From a virus (Duplodnaviria; Caudoviricetes): 64,000 nt of DNA. Under the pieces are notes generated by a model. It searched no databases. It was not told the origin of the DNA and saw nothing but the letters and a program-made list of their open reading frames with translations. This document shows, piece after piece, positions 21,701-32,008 of this stretch. Position numbers and translations under genes: made by a program. Location of the stretch: IMG/VR virus record IMGVR_UViG_3300032218_002424, positions 45,064 to 109,063 of that record; one strand, 5' to 3'. How positions within the stretch are numbered: the first letter of the stretch is position 1; every line of letters begins with the position of its first letter.

Positions 21701-22661
21701 TATAACAAGGTATACACCTTCACACATTAAATCTGTTCTTAAATCGCTTAATGTAAAAGTTGCCAGCGAAACAGGAAACGATTTTTTGGTTTACTGTCCT
21801 TTTCATTCTAACAATCACAGTCCAAGTTGCAGTGTTAGTAAAGAAAAAGGTGCATGGCTTTGCTTTAATCCTTCATGTGGAGAAAGCGGAACATTAATTG
21901 ATTTAGTAAAACGTATAACAAATAGAAATGATTACGAGGCTTTGCGTTTTGTTACGGCAAAAGAATCAGAAGTTTTGGCAAATTTCGATGACTTGCTTCA
22001 AGATACTTTAGAAGAAAAACCAGACTTTGTAGAGTTTGATAAAGATATATTAAATAAGCTTTCTTTAGAAATGAAAGAATTTTCTGAAGGCAAAGAGTAT
22101 ATGTATACTCGTGGATTCACAGATGAAACATTGGAGTATTTTAATGTTGGTTATTCTAATAATAGATCTATGGTTACAGTTCCTGTTCATAGTCCAGATG
22201 GTATTTGTGTTGGGATTGTTGGCAGAAGTATCAAAGCCAAAGAGTTTAAAAACTCCCCAGGGCTTCCAAGGAATGCTACCCTCTTTAACATTAATCGTGC
22301 TAAGCGTATCGGTGCAACTTGCATCATTGTGGAGTCTAGTTTTGATGCGATGAGAGTTCATCAGGCTGGTTTTCCAAATGTTGTAGCAACTTTGGGGGGA
22401 CATATATCTGCAAATAATTTAGGATTACTCAATAAATATTTTAACAGACTTATTATAATGACTGACAATGATCAGGCAGGAAGAGCATTGGGCAATAATA
22501 TTGTTCATAAGTTAAAAAATAAAGATGTCTTGTGGGCTTCAGAATCTTATGGTAAGATATACCCACATGATGCAAAAGATGCAGGCGATATGACTGATGA
22601 AGAAATTAAAACCTGTATAAAAAACTCAGTTTCGCATATTGAATATGTCAGCTGGGAATGA
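21681..22661 (+). CDS. dnaG: DNA primase (CHC2 zinc finger plus TOPRIM)
   Basis: CPFH...C...C zinc finger; VESSFD and DNDQAG TOPRIM motifs. Confidence 0.92.
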   Translation: MKTLQSNITRYTPSHIKSVLKSLNVKVASETGNDFLVYCPFHSNNHSPSCSVSKEKGAWLCFNPSCGESGTLIDLVKRITNRNDYEALRFVTAKESEVLANFDDLLQDTLEEKPDFVEFDKDILNKLSLEMKEFSEGKEYMYTRGFTDETLEYFNVGYSNNRSMVTVPVHSPDGICVGIVGRSIKAKEFKNSPGLPRNATLFNINRAKRIGATCIIVESSFDAMRVHQAGFPNVVATLGGHISANNLGLLNKYFNRLIIMTDNDQAGRALGNNIVHKLKNKDVLWASESYGKIYPHDAKDAGDMTDEEIKTCIKNSVSHIEYVSWE

Positions 22662-22718
22662 TATAATAGTAATACAGATGGATTTACACCATCAACTACA
22701 TAACAAAAGGAGATACAA

Positions 22719-23390
22719 ATGGGTATCGTTAAGGGACTTAAAGACCTAAACAAAACACTAGATAAGCCACAGTCTTCAGGTGGCGACACCGCAAAGGGCC
22801 GTTGGGTTAAGTTGGAAGACGGCGAAAGCGTAAAAGTAAGATTCTTGCAGGAACTAGATCCTGACTCACCAAATTATTCAGAAAAAGCTGGACTAGGCTT
22901 TATTGCTGTTGAGCACACAAATCCAAAAGACTATCGCCGTAAGGCTTTATGCTCTATGGACGATCAAGGCAAGTGCTGGGGTTGTGAACAACATCGCAAA
23001 GATTTTAAAGCTGGCTGGAAGGGTCGTTCTCGTTTGTATATCAACGTTCTTGTTGATGACGGCAAGGAAGAGCCATATGTTGCAATTCTTTCACAGGGTT
23101 CTAGCGGAAAGACAGTAACACCTACACTTATTGAATACGCTGGAGAAATGGGAAGCATTAGTAACCTTCTATGGCGTATTAAGCGTTCTGGTACAAAGAC
23201 AGATACAAGTTATACAATTATTCCACTTGCAAAGGATGAAGTTGAATTTGATTCATCTAAGCTGGAAATCTTTGAACTTGAAAAGACTGCAATCCGTGAT
23301 TTGCCATATGCAGATCAGGAAACCTTCTACCTATTTGGAGAAGATGAAAAGAACGAGGATTCTGCAACTAGCAGCAATCTAGATTGGTAA
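22719..23390 (+). CDS. Single-stranded DNA-binding protein (gp32-like)
   Basis: Zn-binding C..C.C, 'RSGTKTDTSY' OB segment, acidic C-terminus ending in W; lies between primase and polymerase. Confidence 0.75.
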   Translation: MGIVKGLKDLNKTLDKPQSSGGDTAKGRWVKLEDGESVKVRFLQELDPDSPNYSEKAGLGFIAVEHTNPKDYRRKALCSMDDQGKCWGCEQHRKDFKAGWKGRSRLYINVLVDDGKEEPYVAILSQGSSGKTVTPTLIEYAGEMGSISNLLWRIKRSGTKTDTSYTIIPLAKDEVEFDSSKLEIFELEKTAIRDLPYADQETFYLFGEDEKNEDSATSSNLDW

Positions 23391-23395
23391 TTGGT

Positions 23396-23417
23396 TGGGG
23401 CTGGGAAACCAGCCCCA
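23396..23417 (+). terminator. GNRA-capped hairpin after ssb (terminator or stabiliser)
   Basis: TGGGGCTGG-GAAA-CCAGCCCCA; no long U tract. Confidence 0.55.
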
Positions 23418-23433
23418 TTCCAGGTAGGCGGAA

Positions 23434-26400
23434 ATGAATTTTACACACCTTCACGTACATAGCTATTACAGCCTTATGGACGGATACAATTCACCTAAAG
23501 AGTTAATGCAGGCTGCAAAAGACAATGGTCAAACAGCAATTGCAATTACAGACCATGGTACATTGTCATCTCACCGTGATATGCAATTAGCTGCAAAGGA
23601 ACTTGGTATAAAGCCAATCCTTGGCGTTGAAGCATACATTTCTCCAACAGATAGATTTGATCGTTCATCTAAAACTGATAAAACAATTCAAGCATACAAC
23701 CACATCATCCTGCTTGCAAAAAATCAAAATGGTTTAAATAATATTCATCGTTTGCAAGAACTTGCATGGACAGAAGGTTTTTATCATAAGCCACGTATTG
23801 ACCGTGAAATTCTTTTAGAATACAAAGAAGACATTATTATTCTTTCTGGCTGTTTAAATGGCTTGGTATCCAAAGCAATTGAAAAGCAGGATGACCAAGA
23901 AGCACGTATGATTTTAAAATGGTTTAAGCAAAATTTTGGTGACAACTTTTATGTAGAGGTTCAGCCAGACAATCCAGTAGATATAAACAATAAGTTGCTT
24001 CAACTTGCAGACGAGGCTGGAATTAAATCTGTGGCAACAGCAGATGCACACTTTTCAAAAGAAAGTGAAAGGTCTGCAGAAGAAGCTATGTTAATTTTAT
24101 CAACATCACCTAAAGTAAACAAAGATCTTGATTTTGATAAGTCACGTACAATGACTGATATGTTTGAAAGATTTAATTATCTTTGGCCAGACCGTCGTAT
24201 TTCATTTGAGCATTTAGATTTATTTATTATGAGTCGTGAAGAAATGGCTACCAAATTTGCAGAGACTGGAATTACCAGAACAGATATTTTAGATAATTCA
24301 GATTTAATTGCTGACCAAATTGAGGAATACGACTTTAATCAAGGCCTAGACCTTTTGCCAGTTCCAAAGACCAATGCTGATACAACCCTTCGCAAACTGT
24401 CTGTAGAGGGCTTACAACGCCTAGAAAAGGCATCTGACAAAGTCTACCTAGATAGACTAGAGGAAGAGCTTGCTGTAATTGCCTCAAAAAATTTTGCTTC
24501 TTATTTCTTAATTGTTTCAGATATGATTAATTGGGCTAAAGATAATGGTATTCGGGTTGGCCCTGGTCGTGGATCTGCGGCAGGTTCCCTAGTCTGTTAT
24601 ACACTAGGTATTACTGAAGTTGATCCAATTAAATATGATTTACTTTTCTTCCGCTTTATTAATCCAGAGCGTAATGACTTCCCTGATATTGACACTGACT
24701 TTGAAGACCGTCGTCGTAAGGAAGTTAAAGAGTATCTTAAGAAGCGGTTTAAGCACGTAGCATCTATTTCAACTTTTACTTACTTTAAAGATAAGGGTGC
24801 AATTCGTGATGCTGCTCGTGTATTTATGATTCCATTGCAGGAAGTTAATCGTGCACTAAAATCAGTAGATACATTTGAAGACTATGTTGATTCACCTAAT
24901 ACTAGAGAGTTTCGCAATAAGTATCCAGAAGTAGAATGGCTTGCTAATAATTGGCGAGGAAGAATTCGAAGCACTGGAGTTCACGCAGCAGGTGTTGTTG
25001 TGGCAAAGGATGACCTTCGTAACTATGCACCAATTGAAACTCGTGAAGACCCACAAGATAAAGTTTCTGGTCGTATTCCAGTAGTTGGATACGATATGGA
25101 TCAAGTTGCAGACGTTGGTTTGATTAAGTTGGATGCACTTGGACTTAAAGCACTATCAATCATTTCGGATACATTGGCTTCAATTAAAGACCGTTACGAT
25201 AAAGATATTGTACTTTCAGAAATTGCACTAGATGATAAAGCAGTGTATAGAGATCTTAGCGATGGATATACCAAGGGTGTTTTTCAGGCGGAAGCAACTC
25301 CATACACTAACCTCTTAATTAAAATGGGAGTAGATAATTTTGAAGACCTTGCAGCATCAAATGCTTTGGTTCGTCCAGGAGCAATGAATACTGTAGGTGC
25401 TTCTTACATTAACCGTAAAAATGGCAGGGAGATGATTGAGTTTGTTCATCCAATCATGCAGCCATTTACAAAAAATACTTACGGAGTAATCATTTATCAG
25501 GAACAGGTTATGCAGGCTTGCGTATATTTGGGCGGCATGTCATGGTCTGAAGCTGATAAGGTTCGTAAGATTATTGGTAAAAAGAAAGATGCAAAGGAGT
25601 TTGATCAGTTTAAAGATCAGTTTGTTACTGGTGCATCTCAACACATTACAAAAGAGCAAGCAGAACATCTTTGGCATGATTTTGAAGCACATGCTGGATA
25701 TTCTTTTAACCGCTCACACGCTGTTGCTTATTCTATGGTATCCTATTGGACAGCATGGCTTAAGCATTATTATCCACTAGAGTTTATGTTCGCAATCTTA
25801 AAGAATGAACAATCAATTGATTCAAGAACTGAATATCTAATTGAGAGTAAGAGACTTGGGTTAAAAGTTCTTCTCCCACACATTAATGAATCCGAAATTG
25901 ATTTTTCTTTGCAAGCTCAAGCCATGAGGTTTGGTTTAGCAGATATTAAATTTATTTCTGACAATATCTCTGCAAAAATTATTAAAGAAAGGCCATACTT
26001 AAGTTATGAAGATTTTACCAAAAAAGCCTCTGCTAAAGGCAGTGGTATCAACAGTCGTGCTATTGGTGCTCTTAACGCTATTGGGGCGGCAGCGTTTAAA
26101 GACAATCCAAGATCAGGATTAGAGCAAGACAATTTTTATGAATACCTTGGTATTCCACAATTTAATTTACTAGACCTTCCACCATGGATTAAGGCACAAG
26201 CTAAACCAATTGAAGAGTTTGAAGACCTTGGATCGTTTGTGATGTTTGGAATGGTTAAAGGAATTAAAAGAGGAACTGGCTGGGCTAGAGTTGAGCTTGT
26301 AGATGAAACTGGTTCCGTAGGACTGTTTCATAATGAACAAACCCAAATTGAAATTGGTCAGATGTATTTTATCCTTGTAGGAGATAATCGTATTGCAAGA

Positions 26401-26706
26401 TACGTAAAAGTTTCTGATATTAAGCCAGATTCAGATGATGTTTTTGTGGACTATCTATATCGTGCAAGTTATGATAATATACCTGATGATCAATACATGG
26501 TGTTAAATTTTACGCCTTACAAAACTAAGGCTGGAAAAATGATGGCTCACATTGTTTTAACCAACAAGGATAGAGAATTGGAACGTGCAATTGCATTTCC
26601 AACAATGTATAAGCTTGCTTTGGCTAAAATGAGAGAAGGAATGATTTGCGATATTACTCTTTCTAAATTAGAAGATGGAACTTTATTAGTAAAGGAAATA
26701 AAATGA
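23434..26706 (+). CDS. dnaE: DNA polymerase III alpha subunit
   Basis: PHP domain (HLHVHS, TDHG), GRGSAAGS, PDIDTD, HAAGVV, KLDALGL, YSFNRSH, C-terminal OB folds. Confidence 0.97.
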   Translation: MNFTHLHVHSYYSLMDGYNSPKELMQAAKDNGQTAIAITDHGTLSSHRDMQLAAKELGIKPILGVEAYISPTDRFDRSSKTDKTIQAYNHIILLAKNQNGLNNIHRLQELAWTEGFYHKPRIDREILLEYKEDIIILSGCLNGLVSKAIEKQDDQEARMILKWFKQNFGDNFYVEVQPDNPVDINNKLLQLADEAGIKSVATADAHFSKESERSAEEAMLILSTSPKVNKDLDFDKSRTMTDMFERFNYLWPDRRISFEHLDLFIMSREEMATKFAETGITRTDILDNSDLIADQIEEYDFNQGLDLLPVPKTNADTTLRKLSVEGLQRLEKASDKVYLDRLEEELAVIASKNFASYFLIVSDMINWAKDNGIRVGPGRGSAAGSLVCYTLGITEVDPIKYDLLFFRFINPERNDFPDIDTDFEDRRRKEVKEYLKKRFKHVASISTFTYFKDKGAIRDAARVFMIPLQEVNRALKSVDTFEDYVDSPNTREFRNKYPEVEWLANNWRGRIRSTGVHAAGVVVAKDDLRNYAPIETREDPQDKVSGRIPVVGYDMDQVADVGLIKLDALGLKALSIISDTLASIKDRYDKDIVLSEIALDDKAVYRDLSDGYTKGVFQAEATPYTNLLIKMGVDNFEDLAASNALVRPGAMNTVGASYINRKNGREMIEFVHPIMQPFTKNTYGVIIYQEQVMQACVYLGGMSWSEADKVRKIIGKKKDAKEFDQFKDQFVTGASQHITKEQAEHLWHDFEAHAGYSFNRSHAVAYSMVSYWTAWLKHYYPLEFMFAILKNEQSIDSRTEYLIESKRLGLKVLLPHINESEIDFSLQAQAMRFGLADIKFISDNISAKIIKERPYLSYEDFTKKASAKGSGINSRAIGALNAIGAAAFKDNPRSGLEQDNFYEYLGIPQFNLLDLPPWIKAQAKPIEEFEDLGSFVMFGMVKGIKRGTGWARVELVDETGSVGLFHNEQTQIEIGQMYFILVGDNRIARYVKVSDIKPDSDDVFVDYLYRASYDNIPDDQYMVLNFTPYKTKAGKMMAHIVLTNKDRELERAIAFPTMYKLALAKMREGMICDITLSKLEDGTLLVKEIK

Positions 26707-26933
26707 TAGAAGTAAAATTAACTGAAGAAGAAGCAAAAAGCTTAGAAGATACTGTAATTTATCATATGGAACAATGTTTTAATACATTATATGATATGGA
26801 AGAGGTAGCAGAAGGCTTTGAGCCTTATCAACCGTTTGACGGATGTTCTAATTGTGAAACAAGAGAATATCTAATGAAAACCTTTGATTGGCTAAAGGAA
26901 AATAATAAAGTAGATATATATGTGGAGGGGTAA
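26703..26933 (+). CDS. Hypothetical protein
   Basis: ATGA overlap with dnaE; AAGGA RBS. Confidence 0.6.
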   Translation: MIEVKLTEEEAKSLEDTVIYHMEQCFNTLYDMEEVAEGFEPYQPFDGCSNCETREYLMKTFDWLKENNKVDIYVEG

Positions 26934-27190
26934 TGTCAGAAGAGACAGTAGATATTAATCAACAAATTAGTGTCACATCTTTAATGGTTGCTATGCTTAA
27001 AACATTAAAGTCAGTTGAAGTTCCTTCTGAATTGATCTTAAATCCAGAAGGAGAAACAGGTTTGGTTGTATCTTACAATCCAGATAAAAATACATTTATA
27101 ATTGAATTAGGAGAAAATAATGGGAGCAATAACAACGAACAACTTCAGAGTGCAAGCGAACTCGGAGAAAACAACGGAGACAGCGAGTAG
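26933..27190 (+). CDS. Hypothetical protein
   Basis: TAATG coupling; GGAGG RBS. Confidence 0.55.
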   Translation: MSEETVDINQQISVTSLMVAMLKTLKSVEVPSELILNPEGETGLVVSYNPDKNTFIIELGENNGSNNNEQLQSASELGENNGDSE

Positions 27191-27524
27191 CACAATCATG
27201 GAGTTCGGGCTTGATGCATTTGCAGCAAGCTTGCATGAGTCTGCTATTGAAAAGGGTTTTTGGGAAGGCGAAACAACATTTGATAAGCTAGGAAATAAAC
27301 TTGCTTTAGTACATTCAGAAGTTACAGAAGTTTTAGAGGCTTTAAGAAAAGATAAAGGAAGCCACGAAATTACAGAAGAAATTGCTGACGTTATTATTAG
27401 ATTGTTAGATGTTTATGCAGCAATGAGAAATGCTGGATTGGTTGAAGATTCATTAGATGATGTTCTAGATTTTAAAATTAATAAAAATAAAAACCGTCCA
27501 AGGCTTCACGGCAATTTGTTTTAA
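27120..27524 (+). CDS. mazG: MazG-like nucleotide pyrophosphohydrolase (start may be 27198)
   Basis: LALVHSEVTEVLE...EEIADVIIR...KINKN..R. Confidence 0.85.
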   Translation: MGAITTNNFRVQANSEKTTETASSTIMEFGLDAFAASLHESAIEKGFWEGETTFDKLGNKLALVHSEVTEVLEALRKDKGSHEITEEIADVIIRLLDVYAAMRNAGLVEDSLDDVLDFKINKNKNRPRLHGNLF

Positions 27525-27554
27525 TGCTATACTAAAGAAAAGAAAAGAGTTCAT

Positions 27555-28553
27555 ATGAACATAGAAGATATTTTATCTAATTTAGATCCTAAAACTAGAA
27601 AAAGAGTTCAGTCTGCAGTTGATGTAAAAGTTGATAAGCAACTTACACCAAGTGTTGGATTGAATATGGCATTAAAAGGCGGACTTGGATATGGTCGTCA
27701 AGTCCTTGTATGGGGCAACAAGTCAGCAGGAAAATCTTCGTTTTGTTTGCAGATGATTGCATTAGCACAACAAGAAGGCAAGACCTGTGCTTGGATTGAT
27801 GCTGAAGCATCTTACGATCAATCATGGGCAGAATCATTGGGAGTAGATTCAACTTCTCTTATTTATTCTCCAGCAAAAACTGTAAATGATATGGTTGATG
27901 TTGCTACAAAGCTTATGGAGGCGGGAGTAGATTTAATTGTTGTTGATTCCATCTCAGCACTTCTTCCAGCTATCTACTTTGAAAAAGATGGAAATGAAAT
28001 GAAAGATTTGCAAGACACCAAGCAAATCGGAGCAGAAGCAAAGGATATGACCCATGCGGTCAAGATGTTAAATTATGCAAACAAAAACACATTACTTGTT
28101 CTCATCTCACAACAACGAAATCAGTTTGGATCTATGCATGCTTCGCACATCCCCACGGGTGGAATGGCAGTCAAGTTCTTTTCCTCAACAGTCATTAAAC
28201 TTTGGTCGTCAGAAGCTGAAGCTAATGCTATTAAAGCTGGCATTAAAGTTGGCGACAAGATTATCGAACAAAGAGTCGGAAGACCAGTTAACTGGATTAT
28301 TGATTACAACAAACTCGGCCCCCCTAATCTATCAGGACAATATGACTTTTACTACCAAGGGGACTCTTTGGGTGTAGATAGTGTTGGAGAAACATTAGAT
28401 GTCTCTGAAATGATGGGCATTGTTCAAAAGGGCGGTGCATGGTACACAATTGGAGAAGAAAGATTCCAAGGTCGTGCTAAAGCAGTAGAATATCTTCGTG
28501 AAAATCCAGAGGTAGTTGGAAAGCTTAAGGAGGAAATTCATGTCAGATCTTAA
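27555..28553 (+). CDS. recA: RecA/UvsX-like recombinase
   Basis: GNKSAGKS, WIDAE, IVVDS, TGG.AVKF, GAWY. Confidence 0.93.
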   Translation: MNIEDILSNLDPKTRKRVQSAVDVKVDKQLTPSVGLNMALKGGLGYGRQVLVWGNKSAGKSSFCLQMIALAQQEGKTCAWIDAEASYDQSWAESLGVDSTSLIYSPAKTVNDMVDVATKLMEAGVDLIVVDSISALLPAIYFEKDGNEMKDLQDTKQIGAEAKDMTHAVKMLNYANKNTLLVLISQQRNQFGSMHASHIPTGGMAVKFFSSTVIKLWSSEAEANAIKAGIKVGDKIIEQRVGRPVNWIIDYNKLGPPNLSGQYDFYYQGDSLGVDSVGETLDVSEMMGIVQKGGAWYTIGEERFQGRAKAVEYLRENPEVVGKLKEEIHVRS

Positions 28554-28740
28554 TAATTTGTTGAGTCAAGTTAAGGGCAAAAACATAAAGAACGAGCAAG
28601 AAGTTGTTCCTGTATATGGTGGTTCATTTTTATGTCAGGAATGTGAAGAAGAAGTAAATAATGCTTCACACTATGTAAAAGAAGAAAAATTAAAATGGAC
28701 CTGTACAAAAGGTCATCTTTCTTCAGTAAAGTTTAAATAA
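28540..28740 (+). CDS. Small zinc-binding hypothetical protein
   Basis: AGGAGG RBS; CQEC...C..GH. Confidence 0.65.
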   Translation: MSDLNNLLSQVKGKNIKNEQEVVPVYGGSFLCQECEEEVNNASHYVKEEKLKWTCTKGHLSSVKFK

Positions 28741-29045
28741 TGTCTGAGCGTTCTGAAATTAAAAGAGATGGTGCAAAGGCACAGAAAAATTCTGGGCGTG
28801 GGGACTATCAAAAGGGTGACGCACAATGGAAGAAGTTCCTTGTTGATTATAAAGAAGCATCTAAATCTTTTAACTTAAATAAGCCAGTATGGTCTAAAAT
28901 TTGTACTGATACCTTTAAGGTTAGCAGAGATAAACACCCAGCCTTAAAGATAATTATTGGAGAAGAATCCAAGGTCAGACTTGGTATTATTGAATGGTCT
29001 ATTCTAGAAGAATTGATTGAATGCTGGGAGGAAAATCATGAGTGA
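28740..29045 (+). CDS. PD-(D/E)XK Holliday-junction resolvase-like protein
   Basis: E...NSG...KGD...VDYK pattern. Confidence 0.7.
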   Translation: MSERSEIKRDGAKAQKNSGRGDYQKGDAQWKKFLVDYKEASKSFNLNKPVWSKICTDTFKVSRDKHPALKIIIGEESKVRLGIIEWSILEELIECWEENHE

Positions 29046-29373
29046 TAAAAGCACACTAGAACTAATTAGTGAAATTACTGAGTTTAACGATATGCATGAG
29101 TTTATGTCTGATGAGCAATTAGACAGAGCTCTTGCAATTCTGGTAAAATTGATTATGAACCCAGATGTTCCATCAGCAAAAGCACCTATGCTTATTATTG
29201 AGTTACAGGCTATCAGTGCAAAGCTTGCTATTTTAGCATCTTACTACGCTACTTTTGCAAAAGACAAAGCTGGAACCATGAATAATAATAAAAAGAATGT
29301 TTATTATTCTGTAAAAGAAGCATTGGATAGACTTGTGGATGCCTTAAAGTACGCTGCAAGACATAGTTATTAA
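29038..29373 (+). CDS. Hypothetical (UvsY-like position and helical pattern)
   Basis: GGAGG RBS; lies in the recombination cluster. Confidence 0.55.
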   Translation: MSDKSTLELISEITEFNDMHEFMSDEQLDRALAILVKLIMNPDVPSAKAPMLIIELQAISAKLAILASYYATFAKDKAGTMNNNKKNVYYSVKEALDRLVDALKYAARHSY

Positions 29374-29380
29374 GGAAAAA

Positions 29381-30169
29381 ATGGCAAAAGGAATTGTAAA
29401 TAATTTAAAGTTTAGAAAGTATTCTGGCAAGTTTGATGCAGAACTTTTTTCACAAAGACTTGAGGATGCCTATCTTGCAACTAAACGTGCTGATGGAGAG
29501 ATGACAAAGTATTCGTTTAGTCCAAGTACAATTGGTTATGGACATGGAAACTGCCCAAGATATTGGTACATGGCATTTAGTGGTGCAGATTTTGTTGACG
29601 ACAACAAAGCACAAGCAGTTGCTAATATGGCACAAGGAACTCAAGCTCACGAACGTTTACAAAAACTTATTGCAACAATGCCAGAGTTTGTTGAAGAAGA
29701 ACGTGAAATTAAAAATGAATATCCACCTATTCGTGGTTTCATTGATCTTGTAATGAACTATGATGGCGAAACAGTTATCGGTGAAATTAAAACTGCCAAG
29801 CAAGAAGTTTGGGATACAAGACAATCTGAAATGAAATCTTCAGCAAACCACATGCTTCAATTACTTACTTATATGAAGTTAACTGGTGCTAAAGAAGGAT
29901 TCTTTTTGTATGAAAATAAAAATACTCAAGAACTTCTGGTCATACCAATTAGCATGAATGAAAGAAACCAAAAGATAATTGATGACACTTTTGAATGGTT
30001 ATGTAAAGTTTGGGATAATTTTAAAGAGGGAGATCTTCCAGTAAGACCAGAAGGTGCAGTTAAAACTAAATCTCCATGCACATATTGTCCAATCAAAAAA
30101 GCTTGTTGGTCTAAAACAGCTGATGAAGGATCCGTGGAAATAGAAATGTTTAAGGTACCACTTATATGA
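29381..30169 (+). CDS. Cas4-like/RecB-family exonuclease
   Basis: CPR, GT..H, GFID, EIKT, QL..Y, C..CP...C Fe-S ligands. Confidence 0.88.
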   Translation: MAKGIVNNLKFRKYSGKFDAELFSQRLEDAYLATKRADGEMTKYSFSPSTIGYGHGNCPRYWYMAFSGADFVDDNKAQAVANMAQGTQAHERLQKLIATMPEFVEEEREIKNEYPPIRGFIDLVMNYDGETVIGEIKTAKQEVWDTRQSEMKSSANHMLQLLTYMKLTGAKEGFFLYENKNTQELLVIPISMNERNQKIIDDTFEWLCKVWDNFKEGDLPVRPEGAVKTKSPCTYCPIKKACWSKTADEGSVEIEMFKVPLI

Positions 30170-30441
30170 TTTGTGCAAACTCAGACTGCAAGCAAAAGTT
30201 TAATGCAAAAACTCATAATCAAAAATACTGCTCTGACGAATGTTGTCGTATTGCAACTAATCGTAGGATTATGGAAAAATATTATGAAAAGAAAGCCATC
30301 AGAAATGGTGCCATAAGACATTGTAAATGCGGAGGCGAATTGAGTAGGTATAGCGAATCAAAGATATGCACAAGTTGCATATCTAAAAATAAGATAGAGA
30401 CTAGAAAAAGTCTTCTGGAGATGCTTGATGGGATTAGCTAG
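30166..30441 (+). CDS. Cys-rich zinc-finger protein
   Basis: C....C...YCS.EC plus CxC...C..C. Confidence 0.65.
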   Translation: MICANSDCKQKFNAKTHNQKYCSDECCRIATNRRIMEKYYEKKAIRNGAIRHCKCGGELSRYSESKICTSCISKNKIETRKSLLEMLDGIS

Positions 30442-30994
30442 TTTAGTTAAAAGCAAAGCAATAAAAGTTCTGGGTATAGATGCCTCAACAAATTCAATAG
30501 CATTTTGTCTTATGGACAATGATGTTCCAGTAAAATGGGGAAAAATAGAATTAAAAGGCATGGATATTTATGAAAAGATGTACGATGCTAAAATAAAGAC
30601 TAATGCAATGCTAAAGGAATTGGCTGCAGACTATATTGTTGTAGAAGGGGCTGTGCTTGTCAGATCTCCAGATGCTGTGATAAAATTGTCTTATGTTTAT
30701 GGAGTTGTTATTGCTGAGCTTATGTCCACTGGTGCCAGTGTTATTACTATATCTCCTACTTCTTGGCAGGCATATATCGGAAATAAAAACCCGACGAAAG
30801 CTGAAAAAGAAGAAATAAGAAAAAAGCATCCAGGTTATGCAGATTCATGGTATAAAAATCAAATAAGAAATATGAGAAAGCAAAGAACTGCTGACTATTT
30901 TAATAATAAGTACGGCATCAAAGTTGTTGATTTTGATGTTGCAGATAGCTTTGGTATTGCACATTATGGAAATCAGGTATTAACAGAACGATGA
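30425..30994 (+). CDS. ruvC: RuvC-like resolvase
   Basis: VLGID, VVEG, D.ADS.GIA catalytic pattern. Confidence 0.85.
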   Translation: MMGLASLVKSKAIKVLGIDASTNSIAFCLMDNDVPVKWGKIELKGMDIYEKMYDAKIKTNAMLKELAADYIVVEGAVLVRSPDAVIKLSYVYGVVIAELMSTGASVITISPTSWQAYIGNKNPTKAEKEEIRKKHPGYADSWYKNQIRNMRKQRTADYFNNKYGIKVVDFDVADSFGIAHYGNQVLTER

Positions 30995-31137
30995 AACTAT
31001 ATCAAAGTAAAGAGTGGTTATTTAGAAGGTATGCGGTACAAAAGAAAACGGTAACAGAAATAGCTAAAGAGTGTGGAGTCTCTGCAATGACCATACAGAG
31101 ATATTTAGAACAGTTTGGATTGATTAAAAAACGATGA
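30991..31137 (+). CDS. 48-aa HTH protein (not in the ORF track)
   Basis: MKLYQSKEWLFRRYAVQKKTVTEIAKECGVSAMTIQRYLEQFGLIKKR; ATGA overlaps at both ends. Confidence 0.8.
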   Translation: MKLYQSKEWLFRRYAVQKKTVTEIAKECGVSAMTIQRYLEQFGLIKKR

Positions 31138-31685
31138 GTAAAGACGTGTGGCTAAATGCCAACAAAGAAACAGCAGGAGATTTAATACTTACTGGATATA
31201 ATGGTCCACTGCACGAAATGCCAGTATACGATAATGTTAGATCTTTGTTTGGCAAAGGTTCAATAGCATTAGATTTTGGTTGCGGAGTTGGGAGAAACTC
31301 TGTAGCTTTATCAGACACATATGATAAAGTTATTTCTTTTGATTTACCAAGTATGATTGGTTTGGTTCCAGAAGATAATAAGTTAAGTAATATAGAATAT
31401 ACAACCGATTGGGATTATGTAAAGTCTTTTAAAGTTGATACCGTATTAGCAAGTCTTGTTTTTCAACATATATCAGATTCAGAACTAGATTCTTATTTAA
31501 AAGATTTGTCTCAAATGGCGGATAGATTAATCCTTCATAGCAGAACATGGATTGATCATTCAGCATCACAGGTATTGCCAATTGTAGAACAATATTTTAC
31601 AATTGATACAATTGAATATACAAAAGACCCAAATAATCCAGTTGAGGATCATTTTATTGCAACATTAAACAAGAAGGTAGACTAA
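31134..31685 (+). CDS. Class I SAM-dependent methyltransferase
   Basis: ALDFGCGVGR motif I; VFQHI motif. Confidence 0.85.
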   Translation: MSKDVWLNANKETAGDLILTGYNGPLHEMPVYDNVRSLFGKGSIALDFGCGVGRNSVALSDTYDKVISFDLPSMIGLVPEDNKLSNIEYTTDWDYVKSFKVDTVLASLVFQHISDSELDSYLKDLSQMADRLILHSRTWIDHSASQVLPIVEQYFTIDTIEYTKDPNNPVEDHFIATLNKKVD

Positions 31686-32008
31686 TGTTAAAGCCAGTAT
31701 TTGAAGATGCAAAAGAATTTTCATGTAGGGATTTATACTTGCATTCAGTTAGTGCCCCTTCAGGAAGTAAAATATGGTCAGCATGCCATGAAGTAGCTCA
31801 CCTTCTTATTGAAAAAAATATATCTTATGGAGATTCAGCATTAAACCCTGCAAGGATATTTTCACAGGCGGATTCAACAGAACAATTAAAGGTTCGCATT
31901 GATGACAAGCTTAATAGAGTTATAAATAATCAAGGATATGCTGGAGATAACGATATTGATGATTTGATTGGCTATTTAATCTTGTTTAAAATTGCCTTAC
32001 AGAATTGA
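31685..32008 (+). CDS. Nmad1/DUF1599-like all-alpha NTP-PPase-fold protein
   Basis: KN.SYGDS...RIDDKLNR...DLIGY. Confidence 0.7.
   Translation: MLKPVFEDAKEFSCRDLYLHSVSAPSGSKIWSACHEVAHLLIEKNISYGDSALNPARIFSQADSTEQLKVRIDDKLNRVINNQGYAGDNDIDDLIGYLILFKIALQN

Noticed and set aside
27104-27190. Duplicated ELGENNG segment overlapping the mazG start
   Set aside because: A short degenerate duplication; it most likely only makes the start ambiguous.
29381-30169. Cas4-like gene as a CRISPR-Cas system
   Set aside because: No repeat-spacer array or other cas genes were seen; solo Cas4-like nucleases are common in phage recombination modules.
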